NCBI GenBank assembly: GCA_964016885.1
Contig: OZ024741.1
Span: 413,292,001-413,356,000 of the forward strand
Direction: 5' to 3'
DNA: 64,000 bases
Source: Eledone cirrhosa
Taxonomy: Eukaryota
The position numbers were made by a program, and so were the translations under genes. Under the pieces are notes generated by a model, which was given only the letters and a program-made list of their open reading frames with translations, was not told the origin of the DNA and did not search any database. Shown here one piece after another: positions 35,641 to 47,983 of the stretch. The stretch's first letter is position 1. Each line of letters starts with the position of its first letter.

Positions 35641-36270
35641 TCTAAACTTTAATAAAGGAAGGTTTGCAGGACTGCATACAGTTTATTTTTTTTTATCCCG
35701 TTAGTAAAATAAGTTGGATTACTTTGAATAAATAATGAATGAATATTACATAATTTATCTACTAAATTTCGTAAACAAAAATAATTTCGTAAAAATAAAT
35801 AATTTAAAATTGACTTCTTTTCAAAGTTACACTTCCGGTATATCGTTGCCACCACCACCACTTCAACTACCATATATATAGAAAGAGAGAGTGTGTGATG
35901 TCAACACCTCCGGTATATCGTTGCCACCACCACCACCACTTCAACTACCATATATATATATATATAGAAAGAGAGTGTGTGATGTCAATACTTCCAGTGG
36001 CGATCACTTAGATAAGCATACTAATTTTCTGTCACTAATTTTCTCCTAATGCAGTTTATATATAATATTGTCTTTTTTTAATGTATCATGGATTACTTTA
36101 CTGATTACATAAGACATTGTAACACAGTCTCTCGTCAATTTCTGTGTATATTGTCAATTACGATTTTATGTGATGTATTATATCTACATGTATATATACT
36201 TGCGTATAATATCAATATACACACTACACATGCTAGCAGAAAACCACCCGAAGGGTGTTCTTTCTGCTAG
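35641..36270 (+). mobile_element. Non-autonomous Helitron (family H1)
   Basis: A|TCTAAACTTTAATAAAG 5' end; 3' hairpin and CTAG|T; no TSD; homologous to 45697-46178. Confidence 0.8.
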
Positions 36271-36595
36271 TATATATAAAGGGACAAAAGGTAACAGCAT
36301 AAATGGAGCAATAAAAGTTTGTCATGTTCTTTTATTCACTTGTTCTGTCTCATCCAGTAGATGTTGCTTCAGGGTCCCAGCAGACAGAATTGAAAAGGCT
36401 TTACTCCATCTTGATCCCAGTAACTAGGGACATGTTTCAGGGAACCAGGACCCCAGATAAGTCCTTAGATATGTGTTCAATGATCTATGATACCAGAGGT
36501 TTCTACTGTTATAGGTTTGTCAAGAAGCCAGTCCTCATTCAGGTGTCATTCTTGTGGGTGATTAACTTCGTTTGAATCACATCAAGTAGGGCTGT

Positions 36596-36811
36596 GGTTC
36601 AGGGACCCAGGACACAAGAACTCTCCCCTGTTATAAGTTCAAGGACCCAGGACACCAAATGTCTCCCCTAAGTTCAAGGACCCAGGACACCAGAAGTCTC
36701 CCCTGTTATAAGTTCAAGGACCCAGGACACCAGAAGTTTCCCCTGTTATAAGTTCAAGGACCCAGGACACCAGACATCTCCACTGATATAGGTTCAAGGA
36801 CCCAGGATACC
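36596..36811. repeat. 40-bp minisatellite, ~5.5 copies
   Basis: AGTTCAAGGACCCAGGACACCAGAAGTCTCCCCTGTTATA. Confidence 0.92.
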
Positions 36812-36986
36812 TTAAAACATTCTATATAGCTGTGATGAGATTTAACAGAGTAAGATTGAATCAATATATTGCTTAAAGCCAAACTGTACGACATACATTG
36901 TTCCACTCCAGCAGCTTCTCTCTAGCTGTTTACATTATTAACAACTCTCTTTAAACATGGCTGACCAACAGTGCTGCTGTAATATA

Positions 36987-38875
36987 GGTGGTTGTGGTGG
37001 TGGTGGTGGTGGTGGTGGTAGTGGGGGTGGTAGCAGTGGTGGTGTTGTGGTGGTAGTTGTGGTGCTGTGGTAGTAGTGGTGGTTGTGATAGTGGTGGTGG
37101 TGGTGGTGATAGTGGTGGTGGTGGTATTGCTGGTTGTTTGTGGGGGAGTTAATAGCTATTGCTGTACAATTGGTGTGGTGGTGGTTGTGCAGTAGTGTGG
37201 TGTTGTTGATGGTGGTGTTGGTGGTGATGTAGTGGTGGTGTTGGTGTTGTAGTGGCGGTGTTGGTGATGTGATGTAGTGGTGGTGGTGGTGGTGGTGATA
37301 CAGTGGTGGTGTTGGTGGTGTGATGCAGTGGTGGTGGTGGTGGTGTTGTAGTGGCAGTGTTGGTGATGTAGTGCTGGTGTTGATGGTGTTGTAGTGGTGG
37401 TGTGATGTAGTGGTGGTGGTGGTGGTGTTGTAGTGGTGGTGATACAGTGGTGGTGTTGGTGGTGTGATGTAGTGGTGGTGGTGGTGTTGTAGTGGCGGTG
37501 TTGGTGGTGTGATGTAGTGGTGGTGGTGGTGGTGGTGATACAGTGGTGGTGTTGGTGGTGTGATGTAGTGGTGGTGGTGGTAATGTAGTGGCGGTGTTAG
37601 TGGTGTGATGTAGTGCTGGTGTTGGTGGTGTTGTAGTGGTGGTGTGATGTAGTGGTGGTGGTGTTGTAGTGGCGGTGTTGGTGGTGGTGATGTAGTGGTG
37701 GTGGGTGTTGGTGGTGATGGTGGTGATGTAGTGGTGTTGGTGGTGGTGATGTAGTGGTGGTGGAGGTGATGTAGTGGTGGTGGTGGTGATGTAGTGGTGG
37801 TGGTGGTGGTGATGTAGTGGCGGTGGTGGTGGTGATGTAGTGGTGGTGGTGGTGGTGGTGATATAGTGGTGGTGGTGGTGGTGGTGATGTAGTGGTGGTG
37901 TTGGTGGTGATGTAGTGGTGGTGGTGGTGGTGATACAGTAGTGGTGTTGGTGGTGATGTAGTGGCGGTGTTGGTGATGTAGTGGTGGTGTTATAGTGGTG
38001 GTGGTGGTGGTGATGTAGTGGTGGTGGTGGTGGTGATGTAGTGGTGGTGTTGGTGGCGTTATAGTGGTGGTGGTGGTGGTGATGTAGTGTTGGTGGTGAT
38101 GTAGTGGCGGTGGTGGTGGTGATGTAGTGGTGGTGGTGGTGGTGATGTAGTGGTGGTGGTGATGTAGTGGTGGTGGTGATGTAGTGGTGGTGGTGGTGGT
38201 GGTGGTGATGTAGTGGTGGTGGTCTTGGTGGTGATGTAGTGGTGTTGGTAGTGATGTAGTGGTGGTGTTGGTGGTGGTGGTGGTGGTGATGTAGTGGTGA
38301 TATAGTGGTGGTGTTGGTGGTGATGTAGTGGCGGTGTTGGTGGTGATGTAGTGGCGGTGGTGGTGGTGATGTAGTAGTGGTGTTGGTTGTGTTGGTGGTG
38401 ATATAGTGGTGGTGGTGGTGGTGGTGATGTAGTGGTGGTGTTGGTGGTGATGTAGTGGTGGTGGTGGTGTTGTAGTGGTGGTGGTGATACACTAGTGGTG
38501 TTGGTGGTGATGTAGTGGCGGTGTTGGTGATGTAGTGGTGGTGGTGGTGGTGATGTAGTGGTGGTGTTGGTGGTGGTGGTGGTGGTGATGTAGTGGTGGT
38601 GGTGGTGGTGATGTAGTGGTGGTGTTGGTGGTGTTATAGTGGTGGTGGTGGTGGTGATGTAGTGGTGGTGTTGGTGGTGATGTAGTGGCGGTGGTGGTGG
38701 TGATGTAGTGGTGGTGGTGGTGATGTAGTGGTGGTGATGTAGTGGTGGTGGTGGTGATGTAGTTGTGGTGTTGGTGGTGATGTAGTGGTGGTGTTGGTGG
38801 TGTTATAGTGGTGGTGGTGGTGGTGTTGGTGGTGGTGGTAGTTGAGTCGTAGCAGCAGCAGCATTGTAGTTGTAG
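36987..38875. repeat. Degenerate trinucleotide tract (GGT/GAT/GTA)
   Basis: Direct inspection. Confidence 0.95.
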
Positions 38876-38967
38876 TGTGTCTAACTATTTACCACATCAC
38901 TTACCATGGCAATGATATAATACACTACTGATAATAGACTCAGCTTCTCCGACACACTTCACTGCAC

Positions 38968-39925
38968 ATACCTACCTCTCTCTACCTCTCTACCTCTCTC
39001 TACCTCTCTCTACCTCTCTCCTACCTCTCTACCTACCTCTACCTCTCTACTTCTCTCTACCTCTCTACTTCTCTACCTCTCTCTCTCTACCTCTCTACCT
39101 CTCTCCTACCTCTCTACCTACCTCTACCTCTCTACCTCTCTCTACCTCTCTACCTCTCTCTCTCTCTACCTCTCTCTCTCTACCTCTCTCCTACCTCTCT
39201 ACCTACCTCTCCTACCCCTCTCTCTACCTCTCTCTCTTTACATCTCTCTCTACCTCTCTACCTACCCTTCTCTCTCTAGCTCTCTACCACTCTCTCTCTC
39301 TACCTCTCTACCCATCTCTCTCTCTACCTAACTCTCTCTCTACCTACCTCTCTCTACCTACCTCTCTCTCTCTCTACCTACCTCTCTCTTTCTACCTCTC
39401 TTTCTCTCTAGCTACCTCTCTCTCTCTACCTATCTCTCTCTCTCTCTACCTACCTCTCTCTTTCTACCTCTCTCTCTCTATACCTACCTCTCTCTACCTA
39501 CCTCTCCACTACCTCTCTCTCTATACCTACCTCTTTTGCTACCTCTCTCTCTCTACCTACCTCTCTCTCTCTACCCACCTCTCTCTCTTCCTACCTCTCT
39601 CTCTCTACCTACCTCTCTCTCTCTCTCTACCCACCCATCTCTCTACCTACCTCTCTCTCTCTACCTACCTCTCTCTCTCTACCTACCTCTCTCTCTCTAT
39701 CTACCTCTCTCTCTACCTACCTCTCTCTCTCTACCCACCTCTCTCTCTCTACCTACCTCTCTCTCTCTACCTACCTCTCTCTCTCTATCTACCTCTCTCT
39801 CTCTACCTACCTCTCTCTCTCTCTACCTACCTCTCTATCTACCTACCTCTCTCTCTCTACCTACCTCTCTCTCTCTATCTACCTCTCTCTCTCTCTCCTC
39901 ACTCTCTCACTTCACTCTCTCCCTC
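38968..39925. repeat. Polypyrimidine (CT)n/CTAC tract
   Basis: Direct inspection. Confidence 0.95.
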
Positions 39926-40216
39926 TATATACACACATATATATAGACACACACATGTAAATATATATATCACTTTAAAAACATTCATGTTTTCTCTTCA
40001 AAAACATATATTTTCTTTCTTCCTCTCGTCTTTCTATTTCTTCTTTCATCTCTCATTCTAACTTCTGATGAAGGACTAGCATCCAAAACATTCACAGTAT
40101 TTTTCTACTGCATCTGATATATATCCTCATTGTACTGTATTGTTTCACTGTGTTGTTCATCCATTTACTTTTCACACATATATATATATATCATCATCAT
40201 CATCATCATCATTGTT

Positions 40217-40242
<26 letters not shown>

Positions 40243-40248
<6 letters not shown>

Positions 40249-40336
40249 ATCTGAGGAGCTTCCAATTCCAGAGTCATGTTCAATCATTAATCGATCATTC
40301 CTCGAGCTGATCGACAGTGAAACATATGTAATGTTT
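40243..40336 (+). ncRNA. Possible hammerhead with long stem II insert
   Basis: aaacatat-CTGAGGA-gct..~55 nt..agt-GAAA-catatg-TA-atgttt; the 3' half recurs inverted at 41141-41220. Confidence 0.5.
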
Positions 40337-40388
40337 AATTAAATATATATATGATGCAACGCTGATTCTTTGTTCCCTTATATATTAA

Positions 40389-40437
<49 letters not shown>

Positions 40438-40626
40438 TGATACATTTTTGGTGTATTTTTAATTTTAATTTTTAAATTTTTAAGACATTTTATGACATTA
40501 TGTGCATCATGTATTCTGCTTTTTTTCCTATAGCGCTGGCCTCGGGACTCCCCTGCTGGTCCTTTAACCTTGTTCTGGTGACGCAGCCCGATGGAGCATG
40601 CAACTACTGATATACTCATGTTTATA

Positions 40627-40673
40627 GGCTCTGATGATTCCTGCCATGGTGTATGGATGAAACACTGTTAGCT
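40627..40673 (+). ncRNA. Minimal hammerhead ribozyme followed by AATAAA
   Basis: ggct-CTGATGA-t-tcc..gga-t-GAAA-cactg-TT-agct-aataaa. Confidence 0.7.
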
Positions 40674-40734
40674 AATAAAACAATGTATTTCTAAGTACAC
40701 TTTGGTTATTCCTATAACTATATATATATATATA

Positions 40735-41130
40735 CAAGGGCAATCCCAAAAGTAAGGTCTCCTTCCGATATTGCAGCTTTTCCCTTAAGATCCTGTGCAT
40801 GGTGCTTCAGGAAACCTCAGGAACCAAAATGTAGAGATCATCCAGAGTCATCCGCCGATCTTTACGCATGTTTTCCTCGGAAGGAGACTTTACTTTTGGG
40901 ATTGCCCTCGTATATAATAACTGCGCAAAATTCGCACTTGGCTGCGGTAGCTTCAACGGGAGTTTCATTGTCAATGGCTCCCAAGCCAAGATTGGGCATC
41001 CCAGCGAAGGGCGCGCATGCTTGTTTGAGAATGAAGGAGGCACCAATCACAACATTGTTGCCAACAGCCGTACGAATAGTTTCTCTGTGTCCCCATCGCT
41101 TTGGAGACCTTACTTTTGGGATTACCCTTG
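40735..41130 (-). mobile_element. Mariner-derived MITE with three TIR copies
   Basis: TA-flanked CAAGGG(C/T)AATCCCAAAAGTAAGGTCTCC at both ends plus an internal copy at 40883-40910; transposase remnants ETPVEATAAKCEF and RKDRRMTLDDL. Confidence 0.85.
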
Positions 41131-41275
41131 TATATATATATAGTATTAATATATAAGGGAACAAAGAATCAGTGTTGCATCATATATATATTTAATTAAA
41201 CATTACATATGTTTCACTGTATATCATCATCATCATCGTTTAACGTCCATTTTCCACGCTAGCATGGGTCTGGAT

Positions 41276-41590
41276 GGAGGCACATGGCTTATGGTTAGAG
41301 CATTGGGCTTGCAATCAAAAAGTTGTGAGTTAAATTCTCAGACCGGGTGATGTGTTGTTTCCTTGAGCAAGACACTTTATTTCACATTGCTCCAGTTTAC
41401 TCAGCTGTAGAAATGAGATGATAGGACTGGGGTCCCTATCATTCCACTGCAAAGTGGTCGTGGAGGTGCCACGGCAAAAAAGCACCCAGCACTCACTGTA
41501 AATGAGGTTGGAGTTAGAAAGGGCATCCAGCTGTAGAAATCAAGCCAGAATCAGTTCCTGTCGAACCCTTGCAAGCAGGAAAAAACGGAC
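41276..41590 (+). mobile_element. tRNA-headed SINE (family 2) with RTE-type 3' half
   Basis: TGGCTTATGG A box, GAGTTAAATTC B box, TCCTTGAGCAAGACACTT central domain, GGGCATCCAGCTGTAGAAA motif, ACCCTTGCAAGCAGG tail. Confidence 0.85.
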
Positions 41591-41668
41591 ATATTGTCTA
41601 TATGCTTCAGCTTCAGCGTGAACCCGTGGGAAGTCGGGTCTTCTGTATTACTGTGTCACGCAAGAAGT

Positions 41669-41702
<34 letters not shown>

Positions 41703-41703
41703 A

Positions 41704-41890
41704 GTTATTCCGGGTTGAATCGGAGGTAACCACAGTAAGTAAGGTACTCAATACATAGCAGAGTATAAAAGTTTTAATATAGAAGAGCTTCTACAGGACT
41801 AGAACTGTTTCATTCGTGAGAAATCATCAGGCTGATGATTTCTCACGAATGAAACAGTTCTAGTCCTGTAGAAGCTCTTCTATATTAAAA
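41704..41890. mobile_element. PLE pLTR 3' fragment folded back at the hammerhead core
   Basis: Same family as 16165-16290; arms 41772-41830 and 41832-41890 meet at CATCAG-G-CTGATG. Confidence 0.92.
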
Positions 41891-42041
41891 AAAAAAATAT
41901 ATATATATATAATCATCATCATCATCATTGTATGTCTGCTTTTCCCTTTGCATGCAAGGAATATATATTGAGTGCTTTGTGACTGCCTCAAACAATTCGA
42001 CTGGTATCTGCTATATTGCAGCTACAACTTCGATTTATACC

Positions 42042-42077
<36 letters not shown>

Positions 42078-42611
42078 GTTAATATAAATTAATATATATG
42101 ATAAACACTAATACCAACATATAGGTGTTTGTATTGTAAATGACTAGGTTAGCTAGATTGAAAAATACTAATTACAGTAATACAGTTTGCCTGTCTCAAT
42201 TTAAAATAATAAATCAATAAAAACAAACCATATTGGCAAATGGCCGTGGTACTTGGACAAATTTAAATTTCAAAACCAAACCTATTCCGTAGATAAGTTT
42301 AAACTTTGAAATCCAAATAAGTTTCGATAAATGAAAAAGTGAAAAAATGAAAAAATACCACAATCAGATCTCCTCAGCAAGTACCCTGAAAAATTGGTAT
42401 GTTTCACTTCAAAATATTTAAAAAGACGGATCAACGCACGAGGTTTTTCAGTGTCTAGCTGCCGCATACTCGTGCTGCTAGAAATAACAACCGTATATAT
42501 ATATATATATACATATATCAGATAGGGTGTATATATCAGTTCAAATCTAGCTGTCGAAACAGCCGGATCTCAACTGTTGGGGTCCTGAATATTTTTCATA
42601 TATATATAAAA

Positions 42612-42775
42612 GGAATCAAATGCTGTGTGCAGGAGGACATGTGATGCATATGAAGGATGACAGCTGCATAAAAAGGTGCAGAGCACTGAAAGTTGACGGA
42701 AGTCTTAGAATGGGGAGACCCAAGAAGACCTGGGACGAGGTAATAAAAACGGACCTTGCCCAATTGCACCTCTGG
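42612..42775 (+). mobile_element. RTE family C-like C-terminal fragment
   Basis: GHVMHMKDDSCIKRCRALKVDG..GRPKKTWDEVIK. Confidence 0.85.
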
Positions 42776-42922
42776 ACGATATCATTTTTGTGCAACATAA
42801 CTTCAGAGATGCAGATATTAAATCTGCAATGTTTAGAAAGTCACACAATATCAGCAGATAGTTATGTAACTGGGCCAGATGCACTTCTTCAGCAGGCTGC
42901 CCAAGTCATAAATATATAAATA

Positions 42923-43794
42923 CTAGCAGCTGATCCCGGTTGCACCCGGGGCCACTTTTTATTAAGTTAATAATTCGAAAAATATTATTGAAAATTTATT
43001 ATAAAGAAGCAGTTTCATGAAAAAAAAATAGAAATATGCACTTGGGGCTGGACGGCGTACAATGAGAAGTGGAGCGACGTGAAAAGCGTTGTTTATTAAC
43101 AGCGAAATAACAATGTCGATGATATGCAATTTGAAAAATACTACTTACTGTTAGTGGTGGTTAACATGTATTAGAATTAAAATAAAAACACGCGTCCCTT
43201 CTTCGCAATTTAAGGGTTTTATTTCTTTTGATGGAAAACAGTGACCGTACTGCAGAATCGATTTCATAAAACGGTACTGTGAAAATGAAACATACTGTAG
43301 AAGGCAACAGTTTATTAATCTGCATTTTCAAACTTGCATATCATCGACATTGCTATTTCGCTGTTAATAAACAACGCTTTTCACGTCGTCCCACTTCTCA
43401 TTGTACGCCGTCCAGCCCCAAGTGCATATTTCTATTTTTTTTTTCCGAAACTGCTTCTTTATAATAAACTTTCAATAATATTTTTCAAATTATTGGTACT
43501 GTATGTTAACAGCGAAAGAACGTTGATGAGTTTAAAAATTTGTATGAAATTGTAAATAACTCATCCAAGTATTAGAACGGGGAAATAACTCACCGAACGC
43601 GATAGTAAATAGACCGTTTGGGTGTCCCAGGGACCACATTTTTCAAGTTAGAGATTTGAAACCTCATCTATTTGCTTCCTTGGCACTTTTTACATAGGTG
43701 TGTAAATTTTCATGTCCGTCCGACCACGTCTACTACCATTTAACCGTGCACATCTGAATTTCAACCACTACCCATTTCACAAATATATATTAGA
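42923..43794 (-). mobile_element. Non-autonomous Helitron (family H2) with internal inverted repeat
   Basis: Minus strand A|TCTAATATATAT start; CCCGG-gtgcaa-CCGGG hairpin 8 nt before CTAG|T. Confidence 0.82.
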
Positions 43795-44050
43795 TATATA
43801 AGGTATATGTACTTATTATCTATGTTCTGTGACACTATTACAATATTGATTACATCTTGGATGTATGTGTTCTTATGTTTGGGAATTGTACAAACACATC
43901 ATCATCATTGTTGTTTTATGTCTGCTTTCCCTGCCAGAACTTTAAACCTTCTTGACATATCTCAACAAAGTTGATTACATGCACATACACATACAAACAA
44001 ATATATACACACACATACACATACAAACAAATATATACACACATATACAC

Positions 44051-44379
44051 TTAGTGGTTAGAGCATTGGCCTTGCAATCGAAAGGTTGTGAGTTCAATTC
44101 TCAGACCGGGTGATGTGTTGTTTCCTTGAGCAAGACACTTTATTTCACATTGCTCCAGTTTACTCAGCTGTAAAAATGAGATGATAGGACTTGGGTCCCT
44201 ATCATTCCACTGTAAAGTGGACGTGGAGGTGCCACGGAAAAAAAAAGCACCCAGCACTCACTGCAAATTAGGTTGGTGTTAGTAAGGGCATCCAGCTGTA
44301 GAAATCAAGCCAGAATCAGTTCCTGTCCCACCCTTGCAAGCAGGGAAAAGCGGACGTAAAATGATGATGATGATGATGA
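44051..44379 (+). mobile_element. SINE family 2 copy
   Basis: Collinear with 41276-41590; (GAT)n tail. Confidence 0.88.
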
Positions 44380-44731
44380 TACACATACGAACAAATATAT
44401 ACACACATATACACATACGAACAAATATATACACACATATACACATACGAACAAATATATACACACTTATACACATACGTAGAAATATATACACACATAT
44501 ACACATAAGAACAAATATATACACACATATACACATACGAACGAATATATACACACATATACACATTCAAAGAAATATATACACACATATACACATACGA
44601 ACAAATATATACACACATATACACATACGAACAAATATATACACACATATACACATACGAACAAATATATACACACATATACACATACCAACAAATATAT
44701 ACACACATATACACATACCAACAAATATATA
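44380..44731. repeat. 30-bp minisatellite, ~11.5 copies
   Basis: ACACATACGAACAAATATATACACACATAT. Confidence 0.95.
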
Positions 44732-44988
44732 CATCATCATCATTTCATCATCATTTTACATCAGCTTTTCCCTGCTTGCAAGGGTGTGACGGGAACTGAT
44801 TCTGGCTTGATTTCTACAGCTGGATGCCCTTCCTAACACCAACCTCATTTACAGTGAGTGCTGGGTGCTTTTTTTCTGTGGTATCTACACGTCCACTTTG
44901 CAGTGGAATGTTCTATCATCTCATTTCTACAGCTGAGTAAACTGGAGCAATGTGAAATAAAGTGTCCTGCTCAAGGAAACAACATACT
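44732..44988 (-). mobile_element. SINE family 2 copy, 5'-truncated
   Basis: Reverse complement of ~44115-44379. Confidence 0.85.
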
Positions 44989-45001
44989 TATAATAAATGA
45001 A

Positions 45002-45065
<64 letters not shown>

Positions 45066-45069
<4 letters not shown>

Positions 45070-45380
45070 CACCCTTTCTCCGTAAAATTATGTTGGTACC
45101 ACAACATCCAGTCCAAAATAAATAAGGTTGTGTAGGTGTCACGACAAAAAAACACAGTCCACGCTGTAATGTGGCCGTGTAGGTAACACGGTAAAACCTC
45201 CCAGTCCACACTGTAAACATGGTTGGTGTTAGGAAGGGCATCCAGCCATAGAAAAGCTGTCAGATAGTCCTATATGAGCAAGACACGGTCACCCAACCAA
45301 TCTTGCCTCAAGTGGGACAACTCCCGTCTAACCCATGTTAGTGTGGAAGATGAACGTTAAACGATGATGATGATAATGAT
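45066..45380 (+). mobile_element. Older RTE family A-like 3' UTR copy (a further tail fragment follows at ~45385-45555)
   Basis: Two 48-bp-like subunits, GGAAGGGCATCC motif, tail and (GAT)n. Confidence 0.8.
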
Positions 45381-45653
45381 ATAAATGTGGTTGGTGTTAG
45401 GAAGTGCATCCAGCTGTAAAGTACCCGGCCACATTCATAGTCCTCACCGGAGCAAGGTGTAACATGGCGAACCATGGCTGGACTTGCCTCTCGGCATGGA
45501 CGACCCGCCTAACCCATGCAAGCATGGAAAAATTGACGCTAAACAGAAATGATGATATATATATGTGTGTGTGTGTGTATCCATATATGTATATAAATAT
45601 GTATGTGTGTATATTTATAGATATATATGTGTATGTGCGTATCTATCTATCTA

Positions 45654-45685
<32 letters not shown>

Positions 45686-45696
45686 AGCAGCTGAAA

Positions 45697-46178
45697 TCTA
45701 AACTATAATAAAGTAAAGAGTGCGGGGCTGCACCCAGAATATATTTTTTATCCTGTTTGTAAAATAAGTTGGATTACTTTGAATAAATAATGAATGAATA
45801 TTACATAATTTATTTACTAAATTTCGTGGCTGTTCATTAAATATATTTTATTACTTATTTAAAGATTCACTTCTTTAAAATGTTCAAATATCAACACTTC
45901 CGGTTAGCGATCGCTTAAATAAACATTCATATATTTCCGTCACTAATTTTCTCCTAATGCAGTTTATATATAATATCAAGTTTTTTTAATGTATCATGGA
46001 TTACGTTACTGATTACATAAGACAGTGTAATGCAGTCTTCATTCAATTTTTGTGTATATTGTCAATTACGATTTAATTTGATGTATTATATCTACATACA
46101 TATATACTTGCGTATAATATCAATATGCACACTTCACATGCTAGCAGAAAACCACCCGAAGGGTGGTTTTTCTGCTAG
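45697..46178 (+). mobile_element. Non-autonomous Helitron (family H1)
   Basis: A|TCTAAACTATAATAAAG ... CTAGCAGAAAACCACCC-GAA-GGGTGGTTTTTCTGCTAG|T. Confidence 0.82.
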
Positions 46179-46638
46179 TGTATGATAAAGCTATGTTTGT
46201 ATATACACAGACTAGAGTATATAACTTTATATAATTTGATAAATGTATATGAGTAAATAACGCCTAGATTCCTTATTTTCTTGTGGTTGTGTAAATATTA
46301 AACATACTTTCTGATGAAAACCTAACTAGATTTGGTTGGAAAATCATTTCATCATATTTATCACTTTTGGTTTTTCACTAAACATGGAAATACGTATATT
46401 AGGCATGTTTACATGTCTGTATACTATAAATGTGTAAACTTATATTTACACATTTATGCAATTTCAGTAACTTCCATTTTGTATATATACAGATATAACT
46501 TTACCATATACATATATATATCATCATCATCATTATCACCACATGTTTATTTTTCCATGCTAACATGGGTTAGACGAGTTGGCCAGGTCAGGTGACAATG
46601 TCTTATACAGATATGTGTCTGGTTTGGTTTCTACAGTT

Positions 46639-47742
46639 CATCATCATCATCATCACCGTTTTACGTCCGTTCTTCCACGCTAGCATGGGTTAGACGGGTT
46701 GTCCTGTTGTGGGCAGTGTCTGGTCGGCTGACCATGCCTTGCTCATACAGGAACTGATCTGGCTTGATTTCTACAGCTGGATGCCCTTCCTAACACCAAC
46801 CTCATTTACAGTGAGTGCTGGGCGCTTTTTCGTGGCACCTACACGTCCACTTTACAGTGTGGGCTGGGTGCTTTTTTGCCGTGGCACCTCCACGACCACC
46901 TTGCGGTGGGGGGAGTGGGGGCATATTGTTTATATGCTTCAGCATGTACCCATGGGAGGTCTGGTACCCTGTATTACTGCGTGACGCCAGAAGTCACGGT
47001 CGTGTGTCATTGTCTTTGAGAGGTGTAGTTGGGTAAGGTCGGCTTTTATCACCTCATCCCAAGTCATCTTGGGTCTCCCCACTCCGCGGTTTCCATCAAC
47101 TTCTAGTGCTCTGCACCTTTTTATGCAGCTGTCATCCTTCATACGCATCGCATGTCCATACCAGCGTAACCGCCTCTCCTGCACGCAGCATTTGATTCCT
47201 CTTATGCTCAGTCTCTCTCTCAATTCCTTTATGCTTTGTCGTTCACGTATATTACTGTTACACATCCATCGGAGCATGCATGCTTCGTTTCTCTCTAATC
47301 TACGTAAGTCTTCCACCTTCAGCGCCCAGGTCTCACTACCATCCAACATCGCTGTTCGGATACACGCATCATACAGTCTGCCTTTCATTCTGAGGGAGAA
47401 GCCTTTTGCAGCTAGCAGTGGTAGTAGTTCCCTAAACTTCTTCCATCCCGTTCTTACCCTAGTTATTGTACTTTCTGAGCACCCACCTCCGTTGCTAATT
47501 CGGTCACCTAGGTAGCAGAAGCTGTCTACTGTTTCTACAGGGCTCTCCCAGAGATTGGTGGTACTTGTTTCCTGTGGCTGTTTGCTTGCTGTTTCAGCAC
47601 AGCTGCTGCATGTGAATCCTACATTCTTAATTAAGCTTCCTGAGATCCCGCTACATCTCTTGTGTACCCATTGTTTGCATTTGGGGCAGAGAATGGAGTT
47701 CCTACCTACACCTTTCCTACATACTGAGCAAGGCCATTTCCC
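46639..47742 (-). mobile_element. RTE family C 3' fragment (PHD finger to tail)
   Basis: KWPCSVC..; [34 protein letters not shown]; UTR with two subunits; (GAT)n. Confidence 0.92.
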
Positions 47743-47767
47743 TTTTTGTGTGCCCTTTCCCAGTTGT

Positions 47768-47958
47768 GTGCCCTTTCTAATACCGACCTCATTTACAATG
47801 TGGACTGGGTGCTTTTTGTCATGTCAGCTACACAACCACTTTACAGTGTGGACTGGGTGCTTTTTGTCATGCCAGCTACACAACCACTTTACAGTGTGGA
47901 CTGGGTGCTTTTTGTCATGCCAGCTACACAACCACTTTACAGTGTGGACTGGGTGCTT
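47768..47958. repeat. ~4 copies of a variant 48-bp unit in a 3' UTR fragment
   Basis: ACAACCACTTTACAGTGTGGACTGGGTGCTTTTTGTCATGCCAGCTAC preceded by a TGCCCTTTCTAATACC motif. Confidence 0.9.
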
Positions 47959-47983
47959 TTATATTTATGTGTATATATATATA

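Noticed and set aside
37149-38864. His/Thr/Pro-rich ORFs
   Set aside because: Read-through of a degenerate trinucleotide tract with shifting frames; no splice or domain support
40060-40100. Hammerhead-like CTGATGA-agga..tcc-AAAAC (also partial cores at ~49465-49495 and ~50012)
   Set aside because: Core mutated or incomplete; not called as ribozymes
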